Source: Tubiluchus corallicola (taxonomy: Eukaryota > Animalia > Priapulida). Taken from it: a DNA stretch of 64,000 nt. Of the stretch, positions 11,882 through 24,584 are shown piece by piece (position 1 is the stretch's first letter; each line of letters opens with the position of its first letter). The position numbers were made by a program, and so were the translations under genes. Location of the stretch: contig JAQGDQ010000299.1 of the NCBI GenBank assembly GCA_030141605.1, positions 199,837-263,836 of the forward strand, given 5' to 3'. The notes below the pieces were generated by a model. The model searched no databases and was not told where the DNA came from. It saw only the letters and a list, made by a program, of their open reading frames with translations.

Positions 11882-13071
11882 GTAAGTTTATTACATTTCA
11901 GTTGTTTTGTGTGAAATTCGAACAACTAACTGACCCTACGGTGACAAAGTTCTAAGTTCGATTCCTTTGTGTACTATTTCAGATTTTTGCAGATGAAAAT
12001 TTCACGGGGGAAATCATTAGTATCAAACTCCTTGAATATGATTTTTTATCAAACTACATTATTTTTGTTAAATTGCAGTTATCATTATTATTATTATTTT
12101 ACTATTTGAATATGCAAACCACAATGCTGCTGCTAAAATACTCAAGATAAACAGTGTATCCTAAGTGCATGCATGGTTTACTATTATTGCACGTGCACTT
12201 TCCGATATTTGAAGCGTGCGGCGCTAATCACTGATGTAGGTGCTTAATCAGGCACACAGCCTGCACATTTGTCCACGGGTTAGTAGCCAAGGAAGCTGAA
12301 TATGCGCTATCACTTCCTGAATCTGGGCTTGGCAATTGATAAAGTTTTGTCGACTTCTATGGAGACACTTGTTTGCATAATCGACTGTCTGTTATCAGCA
12401 TTTCATCGCAATGTTGGAGAGCTACTGTGTGTCAGGGCATGGTCAGGGTTAACATTGCTAATTTACTGTATCAACCGTGTTACGCTACCATTCACTCTTC
12501 AGCCTGCAGGTGTTACGTTCATGGACAGCACCAACAAGCGGTCTGCTTTTCAATCTTTTCTGAAAAAAATCTTTGTAACTTTGACAAGGCAGCGTTCACC
12601 TCTCTTGTCTAGCCTTTTTCTTAGTCATCCATGTGACCCGATCCGAATTCGGGTAAGCTTCTTTTTTGTGGCAAAAAATCCGATTAAACTGGCTTAATTA
12701 CAGTGAATCGAAGCTTTGTGTTGTGTTGTAAAGACCTAGTACTGATGTATGCATGACTTCATTACAAGATTGAGAGTAATGCTCGCATTATGAACAGCTC
12801 ACCCATGTAAAGTTTGCTCGTAACAAACACGCGTTAAAAAGAATTCTTCCTCAACTTAAACACCGCGAAGAGAAAGTCTTTAGAGAAAGCAACTGTTTTT
12901 GTTGACCTTGAAATAATGGTCAATTTTTGCTCGACTAGTTGGTTAGCTTGTTTAAATTGACTAACTGGTTAGTTTGTTGACTAAATGGGCAGTTGATCGA
13001 TTGATTTATTGGCTGCTCTGTGTGGCTAGTGATTAATAGGATTTTAATTAACTGATTAGTTGGGGGACTGT

Positions 13072-13150
13072 CTGACTGACTGACTGGGCTGGTTGACTGA
13101 CTTACTGATTGACTGACTGACTAATCTACTGACTGACTGACTGACTGACT
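13072..13150. repeat. (TGAC)n microsatellite, imperfect
   Basis: Direct reading. Confidence 0.85.
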
Positions 13151-13855
13151 TTGTATTTGAAATATTGGTATTTTTGTTTGTATACTGTCTGTGTGTAGCT
13201 TCTGCAAGCTGGGGTGTGTATCTATCTTTGCCACTTTGCAGAGATTCTAACTTTCTCAGTAACTCACACTTTTCAGTAATACTCCATGCTAACTATACAA
13301 CTTGCAGAAACTTGTCCTTGGCATTACGCTACTAATTAGATAATTATGTGACCACGTCGGGGTAATAATTTTCTGTAAATGGTAAGGTATATAATTTCAT
13401 CCAATTCGGCTGTACTGATGATAATATGAGTGCGGCGTGAGAAAACTTATTGACGATAAAATTACTTGACAATGATGATCTAGCGCCTTTACACTGCGCG
13501 AATTTCAATTATCCGCCGATAAATAATAAAAAACGAAAGCTTCACTTGCTTGAGGCTGTTGAGAAGACATTTCAATTTTTTTACTGAGTTTAAATGAAGT
13601 TCTCAAATTGACGACGTTGCAAGCTTATTATTATATAGGCGTCAACAGAGAGAGAGTAAAATTTATGGAGTAGTTCGTTGGTGACATTTGGACTTCGTTC
13701 ATTTCTTGAATTGGTTTTGTGATTCATGCCGAAAAGAAATGCTATTGCAATTTGCTGGTTGAGACTGAGGGGAGAACTCTTGAAAATGTACGTGTAATGG
13801 CTTCAAGTGAATAGCGTTTATTATTATTATTAAAACTTTATTCCATTTGACATAA

Positions 13856-14210
13856 GCAGGACCGAATAATGACCTTTTGGGAGCCTCTCTCAGAGGAGCC
13901 ACCCTTGAACTCGCCCGCGTCTGTGTTGAAAATTTTTTACTCGTTATATTTAACGACTCTTATATAGCTTGAAGTAAACTTATTGAAAATTCTTTAAATA
14001 AATTACAATAGTTATTTTTTGTCAATAAGAAAGTTCTTTATAAGAAGTACCACTATTTTACTATTTATTGCAAAGAAAATTAACACGTGTTTCAACACAA
14101 CCGTAATGAAAAAACAGTTTTTTTTACCAAAATTAATGTTGTCAAAGCTTGAGAGCTTCCCAAGGTTAAGGGACCCTAGACGGCGACCTACACTAGCCTA
14201 TAGGCGCTGG
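13856..14210 (+). mobile_element. Dispersed repeat (probable MITE), homologous to 19410-19803
   Basis: Shared blocks cttttggga..ggagccaccct..ttttttactcgt..tgaagtaaact..tttattgcaaa..ttcaacacaaccg..caaagcttgaga..gcctatagg. Confidence 0.65.
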
Positions 14211-15115
14211 ACAAAAACGTAACAGTAAACTGTACATGAAAATCGTAAATGATGTTGGTTATTAGCCAATTGAACTGGTCAATAGCCAATTGAAAAATTA
14301 ACTGTTCTTAACAAAAGTGTTTTTATTAAAGATTCTACCACATTAGGGATCCAAATAAGAGAGCTATGACACAATTAATACTGTAAAAACACTTTAGTAA
14401 TTTCTATAAGTGTTTACATTTACTAATACTATGCAAGTGCACTCGAATTTTCAGAAGTTCATGCACCCAAAGTTATGTGTTACATTACTTATATATGGGA
14501 TACTATTTAGAACTCATTTTTATAGTTGCTTACGCTAATGCAGTTGTAATACACAGATCACTTACTCAATGCTTAAAGAATGCCGATTGTTTCCGGGGTT
14601 GCTTCTCTATGGGATTCACCAGAATCATCTCAATGCGTTTAAAGTGCATGATTGTCTGCACAAATACAGTCTGACGAAATGAGCAAACTTTGAACTCCCT
14701 GCTGGCATAAAGCTCTGGGGTTATTTGTGCAGACGTAACAAACAACATAGCCAACGGCAGAGAAATCAAATGCAATGCTACGGCTACGCAATGAAAAACC
14801 TACTTTCACAGTGTAGTAAACTCGCACAATGAATGAGACTTGTCCAAAAGAATAAACGTCTGACTGAGAGCCAGTCTATCAACTCTTTCACCACTGTACT
14901 GCAGATGGCAACCTTTTCCGAACAGGAAATTTCCTGCTGGTTAGAAAAGAAATCACTGACTCTATCAGTTTCCACTCGATTAACTCATTCTGCTTTATTT
15001 AACTGGGAGGTTTTGAATTTTGACAAATTGGGAGAATTATGTCCAATGTGTTTTGTTATTCTGATGGGATTGACGTTATATCCGTTGAAAATTGTCACCA
15101 TTTTATATAGTATTG

Positions 15116-15209
15116 TATAATAGGAGACTTTATAATAGGAGACTTTATAATAGGAGACTTTATAATAGGAGACTGTATAATAGGAGACTAGTATTGTATA
15201 ATAGGAGAC
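15116..15209. repeat. 15-bp minisatellite (TATAATAGGAGACTT), about 6 copies
   Basis: Direct reading. Confidence 0.9.
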
Positions 15210-15330
15210 CCAGTCCATGGGATGTGTGATGGTTTATCCATAGTTTACAGTTCATAGCTTTGCTGACTAAGGGTCTGTCTTCTAGTAGGATGTCAATTTT
15301 TATTTCTGAGACTTTCTTGATGTTAATTAA

Positions 15331-15940
15331 AGTAAAACCAGACTCGGTCTTAAACCGTAACTCAAAACATTCTACTCTTTAAAATATTGAAAAGAAACAT
15401 GCTGTTTTTTTACAAAAATGACTTGCGTGAAGGAATTTTTACCACACAAACACAATTTCGCGTCCGCGCCACTAGTTCTTCGCTGTTACATGCATTTCTC
15501 CATTCTTTAGTTAGACGGGCACTTGCGCTTGCATTTCGGAAACGCATTGCACAAAAAACAGGTACCTCTCAGTTCAGATGTGTTAGTCTGTGACGAACTA
15601 CACACGTTCGACAGCTCATGCGTGAGCACAGTGGTAAATTTGAAATTTGATTTTTCATCTTAAAACTTGCCAAGTTTTAGTATAACACACTAAATATCTT
15701 ACAGTAGCACTGTACTTCAATTTTCGCTCTCGCAAACACGTGCAGCACGCTCGTGGAATATTTTTGATGTTGAAAATTATGTTAGTTTGTGATGTCATCA
15801 ACAGTTGAGCTCGCCCGCCGTTATTCAAGTTGTTAATCTATTATTTAATTATCAAAAACGCTTTTGCAGTATGTTAAAATGTATACTTTTTATCGGACTT
15901 GAAAATGGGGTAGTATATGAAAAAATCATCCTATCTTCCT
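15331..15940 (+). mobile_element. Kolobok-like MITE, family A, full length
   Basis: TTAA on both sides, ends AGTAAAACCAG ... CTATCTTCCT. Reverse complement of 28081-28677. Confidence 0.8.
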
Positions 15941-16439
15941 TTAATTTACTTAAATTACTGAAGTAAGCAACAGTATCATATCAAACATCCATTTATTAAA
16001 TTTAAACTGGTTACAATTTCACTGCATTTAGCTGCTGATTTTCTTCCATTTTCTTTTAATTCCATTTTAAAGACACCAAATATTGTTTTAGCTGATTGCG
16101 ATCGAGTCTGACGGCTCAATTCGTGGGCGCACCGTTTTTCGCACTCCCACGGGCATATCTTTTGACCCCTGTAGACACAAGTGTAACTTACAGTCATTAG
16201 AGCAGACCTATCACAACTTGACGTGAGAACTTTTAACGGATTTTCTGCCGTTCACAAAAATCGTCTTAGACTCAAAAATTAGGACAGTAACTTTTATTGG
16301 TAATAAGAGTTACTGTATTTTATTTTATGTGACCACAAGACCGCTAGGCCCACTGATGTTTTAAGCACAAATGAAAATTGCATTACACATAATACATTTA
16401 ATATCTTGTACAATAAGTTCTGCTATTACAACGTCATTG

Positions 16440-16615
16440 TAAACCCCCCCCCGACCTTATAATGCCAACCTCGCTTAATGCCCAAATTTTTAGCAAAACA
16501 AAATGTCTATATTAGCATAGACGTGCATATATTAATGCACCTCGTTACAATGTCAAACTCGCTTAGCGCCAACTTTTTGCAGACCTAAAGTGAGTGGAAT
16601 AAAGAGGTTTGATTG
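16440..16615. mobile_element. Degenerate pogo/Tc1-like MITE
   Basis: Repeated cctcg(c/t)tta(c)aatgcc sub-terminal motifs and right end gaggtttgattg|ta. Confidence 0.45.
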
Positions 16616-16621
16616 TAAAAT

Positions 16622-16652
<31 letters not shown>

Positions 16653-16879
16653 TTCGCTAGGCATCTGATCTCGTTGATTTTGAAGTTCGAAGTTTGAGAA
16701 TGATTTTAAAAAATTATTGGATATTGTTTGTGGCGTGTTAGATAGCACCTGCACGTGGACAGAAAGTTGCGTGAGTAGTAAACGTGTAGTATCGCGATTA
16801 TACCTACTAATCTGTCAACAACAGCAGACATTACCTGTGTTTACCAGCGTTACTGGGCACACTTCGGACGTCATGCCAC

Positions 16880-17010
16880 TATCGAGACATGCTTTGTGTC
16901 CACCTCACCAACCTAGCCACAACATACACACTGTACACCGCCATTGTATTTGTAAATGGGGATTTCAACGCAATAACTGCATACGCCAGACTATGCGGCA
17001 ACAACGTCTC
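16880..17010 (+). mobile_element. Possible LINE endonuclease (APE) remnant
   Basis: IVFVNGDFNA motif in ORF 16889..17236, with little other support. Confidence 0.35.
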
Positions 17011-17292
17011 TTCTCCTGGGCCCATTGTGCTTTTTCCCTTTTATAGGGTAATTCCCCCTGCTCCTGTACGGTTTGAATTTTCTAAGAGCTCAAAGCTTTT
17101 CCTCAAATACCAGCTGAATGGCGAATACGTACATTTAAGTTTTATTAGATTTGCTGACTTATGTAACAGAGTGTTGTTGTATTTACGAGGCCGTTTTTTA
17201 CTTGATTTACGTTCCCAGCGACGTTTGCTGACGTGAGGGTGTCGAATAATAGCCTAGGAGTTAAATCATTGCAGGTTTCTTCACACAGGTGA

Positions 17293-17770
17293 TGTAACAA
17301 TACCATAGATATGGTTTGTGTAGATCAAAGATCTTTGTGATTGCTTAGCAGTGTTCTGTATTCTAGACTGTCATGCTGCTCTGATCTTCTTTTTCACTTC
17401 TTCAGTTTTGTCACTAAGTGCAAGTTCCATATACAAGCTAAATTCTTCACGCCATTTTTTCCAAGCTTGTGACACATTGCGTGATTCGAAGTTTAGTGCG
17501 TTAGGTGGTTTTAGCTGATTCATAATTCTCTACAGGGTTGCCGTCCGAATAAATACTCAAAACAAACTAGTTCACTTCTGACACCATGTTACACGCTACA
17601 ATAATATTAGCAACCAGACAAATGCGTGCATAATAAAGTAGTATTTATTAGACTAATTAGGAACTTAAACAAAGAAGATAAGAGCAGCATGACAGTCTAG
17701 AATGCAAAACACTGCTAAGCAATCACAAAGATCTTTGATTTACATAAACCATATCTTTGGTATTGTTACA
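17293..17770 (-). mobile_element. Gypsy-derived element: LTR + PBS + truncated gag + inverted partial LTR
   Basis: Minus strand: 184-bp LTR 17770-17587 (TGTAAC...TAACA, contains AATAAA), then PBS TGGTGTCAGAAGTG (17586-17573), then gag-like MNQLKPPNALNFESRNVSQAWKKWREEFSLYMELA from 17523. A 100-bp inverted LTR copy lies at 17293-17392. TSD GGTGA on both sides. Confidence 0.88.
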
Positions 17771-17803
17771 GGTGACTGCAGCCTGAATACATCAGGTTTC
17801 TAG

Positions 17804-18347
17804 AGGAAAGTTAAATAGCGTAGGTTTGTTTTTACTGTAATGACTTAAATTCAGGCAAATGAAATAAATAACTTGCAAAAAACTTTCTATAAAGCATAAA
17901 GTTAATTTGTACTATAATGTTGTATAGAAATTTTCAGGCGCGTTCGTTTCACTTGAAAATCATGACGTACCTTGTGGACTTCGTGACTTCTCGTAAGCTC
18001 ATCGTGGCTTTCCGTGAGTGCACGCTGCTTTAAACTAATTCAAACTTCTGCAGCTTGCTTAATGTTCTTGCAAAAATATCACAAAATTAGCTATCTAGTT
18101 TGTTTTTTTTATAAAAATTTAAACTTCTGGCAGAAATTGACACTATTTTTCTTCAGTTCGATGAATGACGTCATTGGAGGAAGAATTGGCGTTCAAAATG
18201 GAAGCGGCAAACCGTGAAATGACCTCGACTTTAAAGTGATTTTTATAATTACACGAGACGCTTGTCACACTTTTGTTAATAAATCATAACGTTCTTTGCG
18301 AACATTGAAATTTATAAGCCTAACTTCCCAGAAGACTTGATCTTTGT
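17804..18347 (+). mobile_element. Kolobok-like MITE, family B (degenerate ends)
   Basis: Colinear with 40345-40892 (ttcacttgaaaatcatgacgta, gtggctttccgt, aatgacgtcatt, cgactttaaagtgat, aacttcccagaag). Confidence 0.75.
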
Positions 18348-19409
18348 TTTAATATAGGCGCAATTCTTAACATGGGCAAACAATGAACAAATTTACATCA
18401 GTGCTTAATCAGAAAACGTCAAACATCGTTTAGGTGTTTTCCAAAATCCAAAAATAATTAAAATCACAGACCAACAACTCAAATTCTTATCAGTATGAAA
18501 TTTGGATTTTGCAACTGTGGCAGTAGAAGGGTAAATTTAAGCTAACGGCACCTTTCTAAATTAGAGAGAACAACATTAAACTGAGTACATAATTTTTCAT
18601 AATAGGCCAGACGCGAGGACATGCAATACGACCAGAAGGGGTGCGCAGAAAAAAAACGTGTTTTCGAGACCACCTGTGTGCTGGAAATTTTGAATCATCG
18701 TGTCATCACTTGTACAAGATGCGAGGATATTCCTTACTATGCTTTTCCTTCGTAATTTAGCCGTATATGTTGTTTGTTATCGATTTAAGCAACGCCCTGT
18801 TCTGGATACGCCGCAACTGCTCGAGCATGGAGGTAAATATTGGACAGATGGCAAACGAGAATCATTTGATGACACTTTAAACAGAGCTAAATGCACCACA
18901 TCGTGTTCTATGGAGCATCCATCGAGTACTGGCAGCTTAAACGGACGTGCCTTTCTAGGGAATGGATACTCTGCCTTTCTCTGCATAAAGTTTCCTCTTC
19001 CCATATTCACATCAACAAGGTCTGCAAAGTAATCTGTTGAAAATTAGCATGCATGTTTAGATCGATTTAGTATCGAGGGAATTGTTGAATTTCATGTTTC
19101 TGACATTTGTTGTTCACATTTTTAAACTTATGTCATTTTTATTAATAACTAGTAAGCAATGGCGATAGTTGAGCTGATGCTACAAGGTGTTAGTAGAAAC
19201 TTATTCATCCCCTGCTTGCCTCAAATCTAACACACTGCTCTTTTGGGCAGAAGAATCACAGTTTTGAATTTTGACATAATTAATCTTGTAACTCGTGCAG
19301 AGTTTTTTTTGTAATTAGCGCTATCAAATGTTCAGGAAGATGCAGAACTGCAGAACTCAGTCCATCTTGTAACTGTTTTTAGAAGATGCAACACGTAGGT
19401 TAGCTATAG

Positions 19410-19803
19410 GAAGGTTCGGATTATGAACTTTTGGGACCCCCACCCTAAAGAAATTTATGGGGTCTCCTCTGACGGAGCCACCCTCTAACTCGTTCGAACC
19501 CGTCTTGAATGTTTTTTACTCGTGATAGATTTCAACGACATTTGCATAGTTTGAAGTAAACTAATTGCAGATTGGCAAGCAGACATTTTGTTTCTCAATA
19601 GAAATGTGAAATGTTCTTTAAGAAATGCAACTATTTCACTATTTATTGCAAAACAACAAACTAACACATATTTCAACACAACCGCGGCGAAAAACAGATT
19701 TCTTACCAAATGTTACCAAAGCTTGAGACTAACCCCACCACCCCCACCCCCCTCCGCATGCAGCCTAGCAGCCTATAATAGCCTATAGGATACTCCAGCG
19801 CTG
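19410..19803 (+). mobile_element. Dispersed repeat, homologous to 13856-14210
   Basis: See partner copy. Confidence 0.65.
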
Positions 19804-20699
19804 ACTATAGGTTACTGTAAATTTCGTCATTTGGTATAATGCTGTTATGTTGACGTAATTACTTTTATTACATTTCTTACACTTAATTGCAGCATTACTG
19901 CAACTGCTTCTGAAATGGTTTGGTATCCTACACTCTATGGCAACGGTTACGGCATCCTGGTAACGTTACTGACGTATTTTTGCGTTGTAATCACTTGCGT
20001 TTTTTGTGACTGTTTCCTCTAGATTTCCTAACATCTGTTCAAGTCTTTTGTTCAACTTGCAACAGTTAACAAATTATGCTAATCGATAATCACGTTTATG
20101 AGACCAGTGACGTGTGGCATAACGCCTGTCCGGGCTCGTGTTACGTCCATCCCACCCCCAAACCACCCCCTGCCGTGCAGGTCACGCGTCAGAAAGAACC
20201 GAGACAAGTAATAGATAAAATAACTACTGCCTCGCGTGTTTATAACTCACGAAAGTCCTGGTTTCAAAACCCAAACGTTTCGTTTCATATTCTTGTGTCT
20301 CTTTTGTATAGCAGAGTGTGTTGGTATTCCATCTGTTCTGATCTATGCAAGTGTTACAGATGTTATGCTGTTCCATATCTCATTTGCTTTATTTATGAGA
20401 TGTTTGGAGACCTGAACAATACCGCTTCAGCTCTATAATTGGCGCTATTGATATATTTATGACAGCATTGCCTGACAGTGCAATATTTAACGCATATAAT
20501 TATTGTTTGGCACAGCTATGTAATTATCCTTTAAGCTATTATGTCGCGGCTTGAGATAACTGTATTATCTTTTTTACGATTTTGTAAATAGCGTTAGTCG
20601 CTACGCCACGCGGTTAAGTTTAATTCAAGAGAACAGAGTATGTGGAAAGTGACTAGATGTTCTTTAAAAGAGTGGTACAAATACAAGAAAGGAAAATCG

Positions 20700-21717
20700 G
20701 TCACCGGTAATAAAGTCATAGGAAAAAACTCACAAAAAAGTCACAATTTTGGCTAGGAAAAAGTCACTGGAAAAAAGTCACAATTAATTTATAGTGACTG
20801 GAAAAAGTCACAATTTTGGCTAGGAAAAAGTCACTGGAAAAAAGTCACAATTAATTTATGGTGACAGGAAAAAGTCACAATTTTGGCTAGGAAAAAGTCA
20901 CTGGAAAAAAGTCACAATTAATTTATGGTGACTGGAAAAAGTCACAATTTTGGCCACGAAAAAAGTCAAAGGAAAAAAGTCACAATTAATTTATGGTGAC
21001 AGGAAAAAGTCACCATTTTGGCTAGGAAAAAGTCACTGGAAAAAAGTCACAATTAATTTATGGTGACAGGAAAAAGTCACCATTTTGGCTAGGAAAAAGT
21101 CACAGGAAAAAAGTCACAATTAATTTATAGTGACTGGAAAAAGTCACAATTTTGGCTAGGAAAAAGTCACTGGAAAAAAGTCACAATTAATTTATGGTGA
21201 CAGGAAAAAGTCACAATTAATTTACGGTGACTGGAAAAAGGTCACAATTAGTTTATAGTGACTGGAAAAAGTCACAATTAATTTACGGTGACTGGAAAAA
21301 GTCACAATTAATTTACGGTGACTGGAAAAAGTCACAATTTTGGCTAGGAAAAATTCACTGGAAAAAGTCACAATTAATTTATGGTGACTGGAAAAAAAAT
21401 TCTAGAGAAGAAAGTCAGATAATGAAACAAAAATATTCAAGTTAATTACAATTTATTTGAGTATCATAAAAATAAAGAAAATGAAACAGAAAATATTTTA
21501 AATCAGTTATTAACTGGCAATACATGACTAGTACGTATCGACAACATTATTTATATATGACGGCATTACATGTATGTCAAAAAAATCACGTTTTGTTCAA
21601 TATCTTAGAGTTAGCATAGGGTTATTTCTTTTTTCCCGTGACTTTTTCCCCTTGACGTTTTCCCCCGTGAATTTTTTCCCCGTTACTTTTTTACCTGTGA
21701 CTTTCTTGCCTGGATTC
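20700..21717. mobile_element. Foldback/Mutator-like non-autonomous element with internal tandem arrays
   Basis: Left arm of GGAAAAAGTCAC-based tandem units (20720-21395) and right arm of inverted GTGACTTTTT units (21638-21710). Flanked by a direct repeat GGAAAATCG (20691-20699 and 21718-21726). Confidence 0.75.
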
Positions 21718-22673
21718 GGAAAATCGATGCCTAAAATAATTGTATTTTCGCAGAATCAGTGAAGTACGCTTTTAGACTTTCTTCTACTAAAAGTGTTGTT
21801 TTATGACGGAATTATTTGCCCTACTCGTACTTTTAGTCGCATTAGGTAATGCAAAACTTCTCAGAAACGAATTCATATCAATGGCTAGACCACGATGGAC
21901 CACAATAACAAGTGAACATTCTTTACGTCTCCCCCACATTCGCATTTTTCATCGTTTTCTTCTTTGAAGTTTTTATTGCATATTTCACAGAGTGCAAAAA
22001 TGAAATAAGTAAAAAAGTAAAAATTGTTATAAAATATATTTACTAACTACTTTTAGTAGCCAAACTGAATTCATAATTAATTTTTGATTGACTGAATACG
22101 TGTTTCAGAACAACGTCGATATTACAATTCAGTACAAATCATAATTAATAATCAAACATTATGCATATAAATCTATACAGCAATTGTCTGTTAGTAGAAT
22201 CTCCTAATTAAATACAGTTAATAAATTCTTGTTATTCTATTACACCACGCCAGGCGGGCAAAATATTTACGGATGTAGATCTATCGCCTTGCCAAGACCA
22301 TACATATGCCTTCCTGCTAGCATAAGCAGGTGGATGGAATGGCGCAGGGTCTTATAAACAGATGTGTGGCCACATTACGGCAAACCACTAACAATTAATC
22401 ACTATAAAGAGACATGCCAGATATGGACAATTGACTTCATAACGGTTAAACAGTATGGTCAATATAGCTGCATTTTGGACCACGCGTTTCGCATATTTGT
22501 CTCCTTTTATTTGATTAAGTGCTTATTAAATTGCATGTGATATACGCCGGACCATGTGTTAGTATTCACATCAACAGTGGATGAAAGTGCTGGGAGGGAG
22601 TAGGAATCATTCACTAACAGCAAATAGACAAAATACCACTAAATCACTGTGTTACTTACATAAGCAGTTACTA

Positions 22674-23008
22674 CAGTCGATCCTCGTTAAACCGGACCCC
22701 GTTAGCCCAGATATCGGATAAGATGGACGTCAATCCGTGGTAAAGGAAACTGACCGATTTCCGTCCGAGCCCGAACGCTAAACACAACACGGCCTATCAA
22801 CTGTACAATAATTTCTTTATCCTCACAGGTTAACTATTTTAAAGTAATATACAGTATAGTATATAGTGCACAGTATATAGTGCAATGTATATAGGTCTTA
22901 TTAAGGTGATTATTCCTGTATAATATAGACCATATATTGGCATATCGGATAAATCGGCTAAACCGGACCAACACCCCCCATTTAGTCCGGTTTAACGAGG
23001 GTTGACTG
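22674..23008. mobile_element. Tc1/mariner/pogo-type MITE
   Basis: ta|CAGTCGATCCTCGTTAAACCGGAC ... GTCCGGTTTAACGAGGGTTGACTG|ta. Confidence 0.9.
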
Positions 23009-23066
23009 TATTTAGAATTCCGTTTTATCGATGTCTTATTTCGCATGCTTTGTGTCTGAGTGGCAT

Positions 23067-23140
23067 GGTTGTGTAGCTGAGCTAAGTGCTAGCGTGCTCT
23101 CTTCCCACCCGCGAAGTCGCGGGTTCAACTCCTGACGCAT
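23067..23140 (+). pseudogene. tRNA-like sequence (SINE head or tRNA pseudogene)
   Basis: A-box-like TAGCTGAG and B-box GGGTTCAACTCC, with a poor cloverleaf. Confidence 0.45.
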
Positions 23141-23153
23141 AACGAAGACTTAA

Positions 23154-23545
23154 AGGAAAGGTCAAGCTTTCCAGGAGGTTAGGCTTATTTTAAAGTTCGC
23201 GAAAAATGTTAGAAGGATTTTAGTAATAAAACAACTGTAAGCGCCTCGTGTAATTAGTAAAACCACTTTAAAGTCGCGAGCATTTCATGTTTGGGCGCTC
23301 CCATTTTCGAAACCCATTTTTCTTTCAATGACGTCATTCGTCTTGAAAAAAAGCAGAGCACTGTCAATCTTCATCAAAGTATAACATGTTTTACAAAAAA
23401 AGTTAAATAGCTGATTTTGTGATATTTTTGCATGAACATTAGGTAAACTGCAGAACTTTGAATTAATTTAAGCAGTGCACGCTTACGGAAAACCACGACG
23501 CGGTTACCTACCATAAAGGTAAGGAACATGTGCGACTTCTTTCCT
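23154..23545 (-). mobile_element. Kolobok-like MITE, family B, internally deleted
   Basis: ttaa|AGGAAAGGTCAAG ... CTTCTTTCCT|ttaa. Reverse homologue of 40345-40892. Confidence 0.8.
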
Positions 23546-24584
23546 TTAAAAATGGTACATGATCGAAGTAACATGCGGGTAATACGACCGAGTATGGAAA
23601 TAAGTATTCAGTTACTTAAGGTGTTATACTAGGACAATGTCCGAAACGAAATTAATAACTTTACTATTTGCATGATGGCTTCTTAAAATAAACTTCGAAG
23701 AAAAACTGAACAAACAAGTAATTAAGAACGTACCTTCAAATCATTTTCTGGCCCCTTTGTTGGTCATTTTTTACGTAAATTGTCTTCTGTCTATTTGTAT
23801 TAGTTTTAAGTAAACCCCATAAACTTTTTTTGTTTCTACACGTGATTTTTGCCAGGCACAGATTTGTTTAAGTGACACTTTGCTTATCACTCCTTTAACT
23901 TTATTCTTAATCTTTTACTGGCTGACCTGTGGTGTGACTAGTCTTCCCTGCTAGTCCTTACTAGTCACTATAGCCTCGCTTGTTTGGCAAACTTATGACC
24001 ACAGGTTGTTCACTCTTCAGCTGATGCGTCGTTTTCTATAAGCTGTCTTTTTTCCATTTGTCATCTTTACTCGGCTGTCACAAGTACAGCTGAGTAACAG
24101 TATTCTTCAATTCTATACAAAACGCACAATTATTTCAATCGTTTAAATAAATAGATTTAAGTTCTAAACTGCTCTGTTTATTTAACTTATTTAACCCGCA
24201 CCTGTATTTGCTGAGAGTTTAATACATGATCAATAGCAAATAAATTAACCAGACTATTACTCGACATTACCTGTGCTGGTATGAAAGCAGACTTTGTGCC
24301 TTAATTAACGTCACACACTACGTGGCAGGTGATTCTTTAACTCGGGTGTAGATTTAAATCAACTTTGGCTTTATATTAGTGGATGAATGATACAATCTAT
24401 ATTGCGTTTAGCGCTGCAGGCTTTTACGCCTCTTTGAATAAAAAATAGACCGTTCCTTTTATTACCATAGTGAATTGTTCATCGTTATACACGATGATAA
24501 TTTAGCATTTCAGTTAGGGTTTTTTTTATTAATCTAATCTTTAGCTTACAATGGGCAGGTGCTATGTCAACTTATGTGTCAGCC

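Noticed and set aside
11161-11955. Single-exon 264-aa ORF as listed in the track
   Set aside because: It starts at a GTG inside the promoter and reads through a consensus donor. The likely exon is 11320-11881.
18700-20438. ORFs 18700..19032 and 20076..20438 as downstream exons of the 11320 gene
   Set aside because: No recognisable domain and no convincing phase-compatible acceptor/donor pair.
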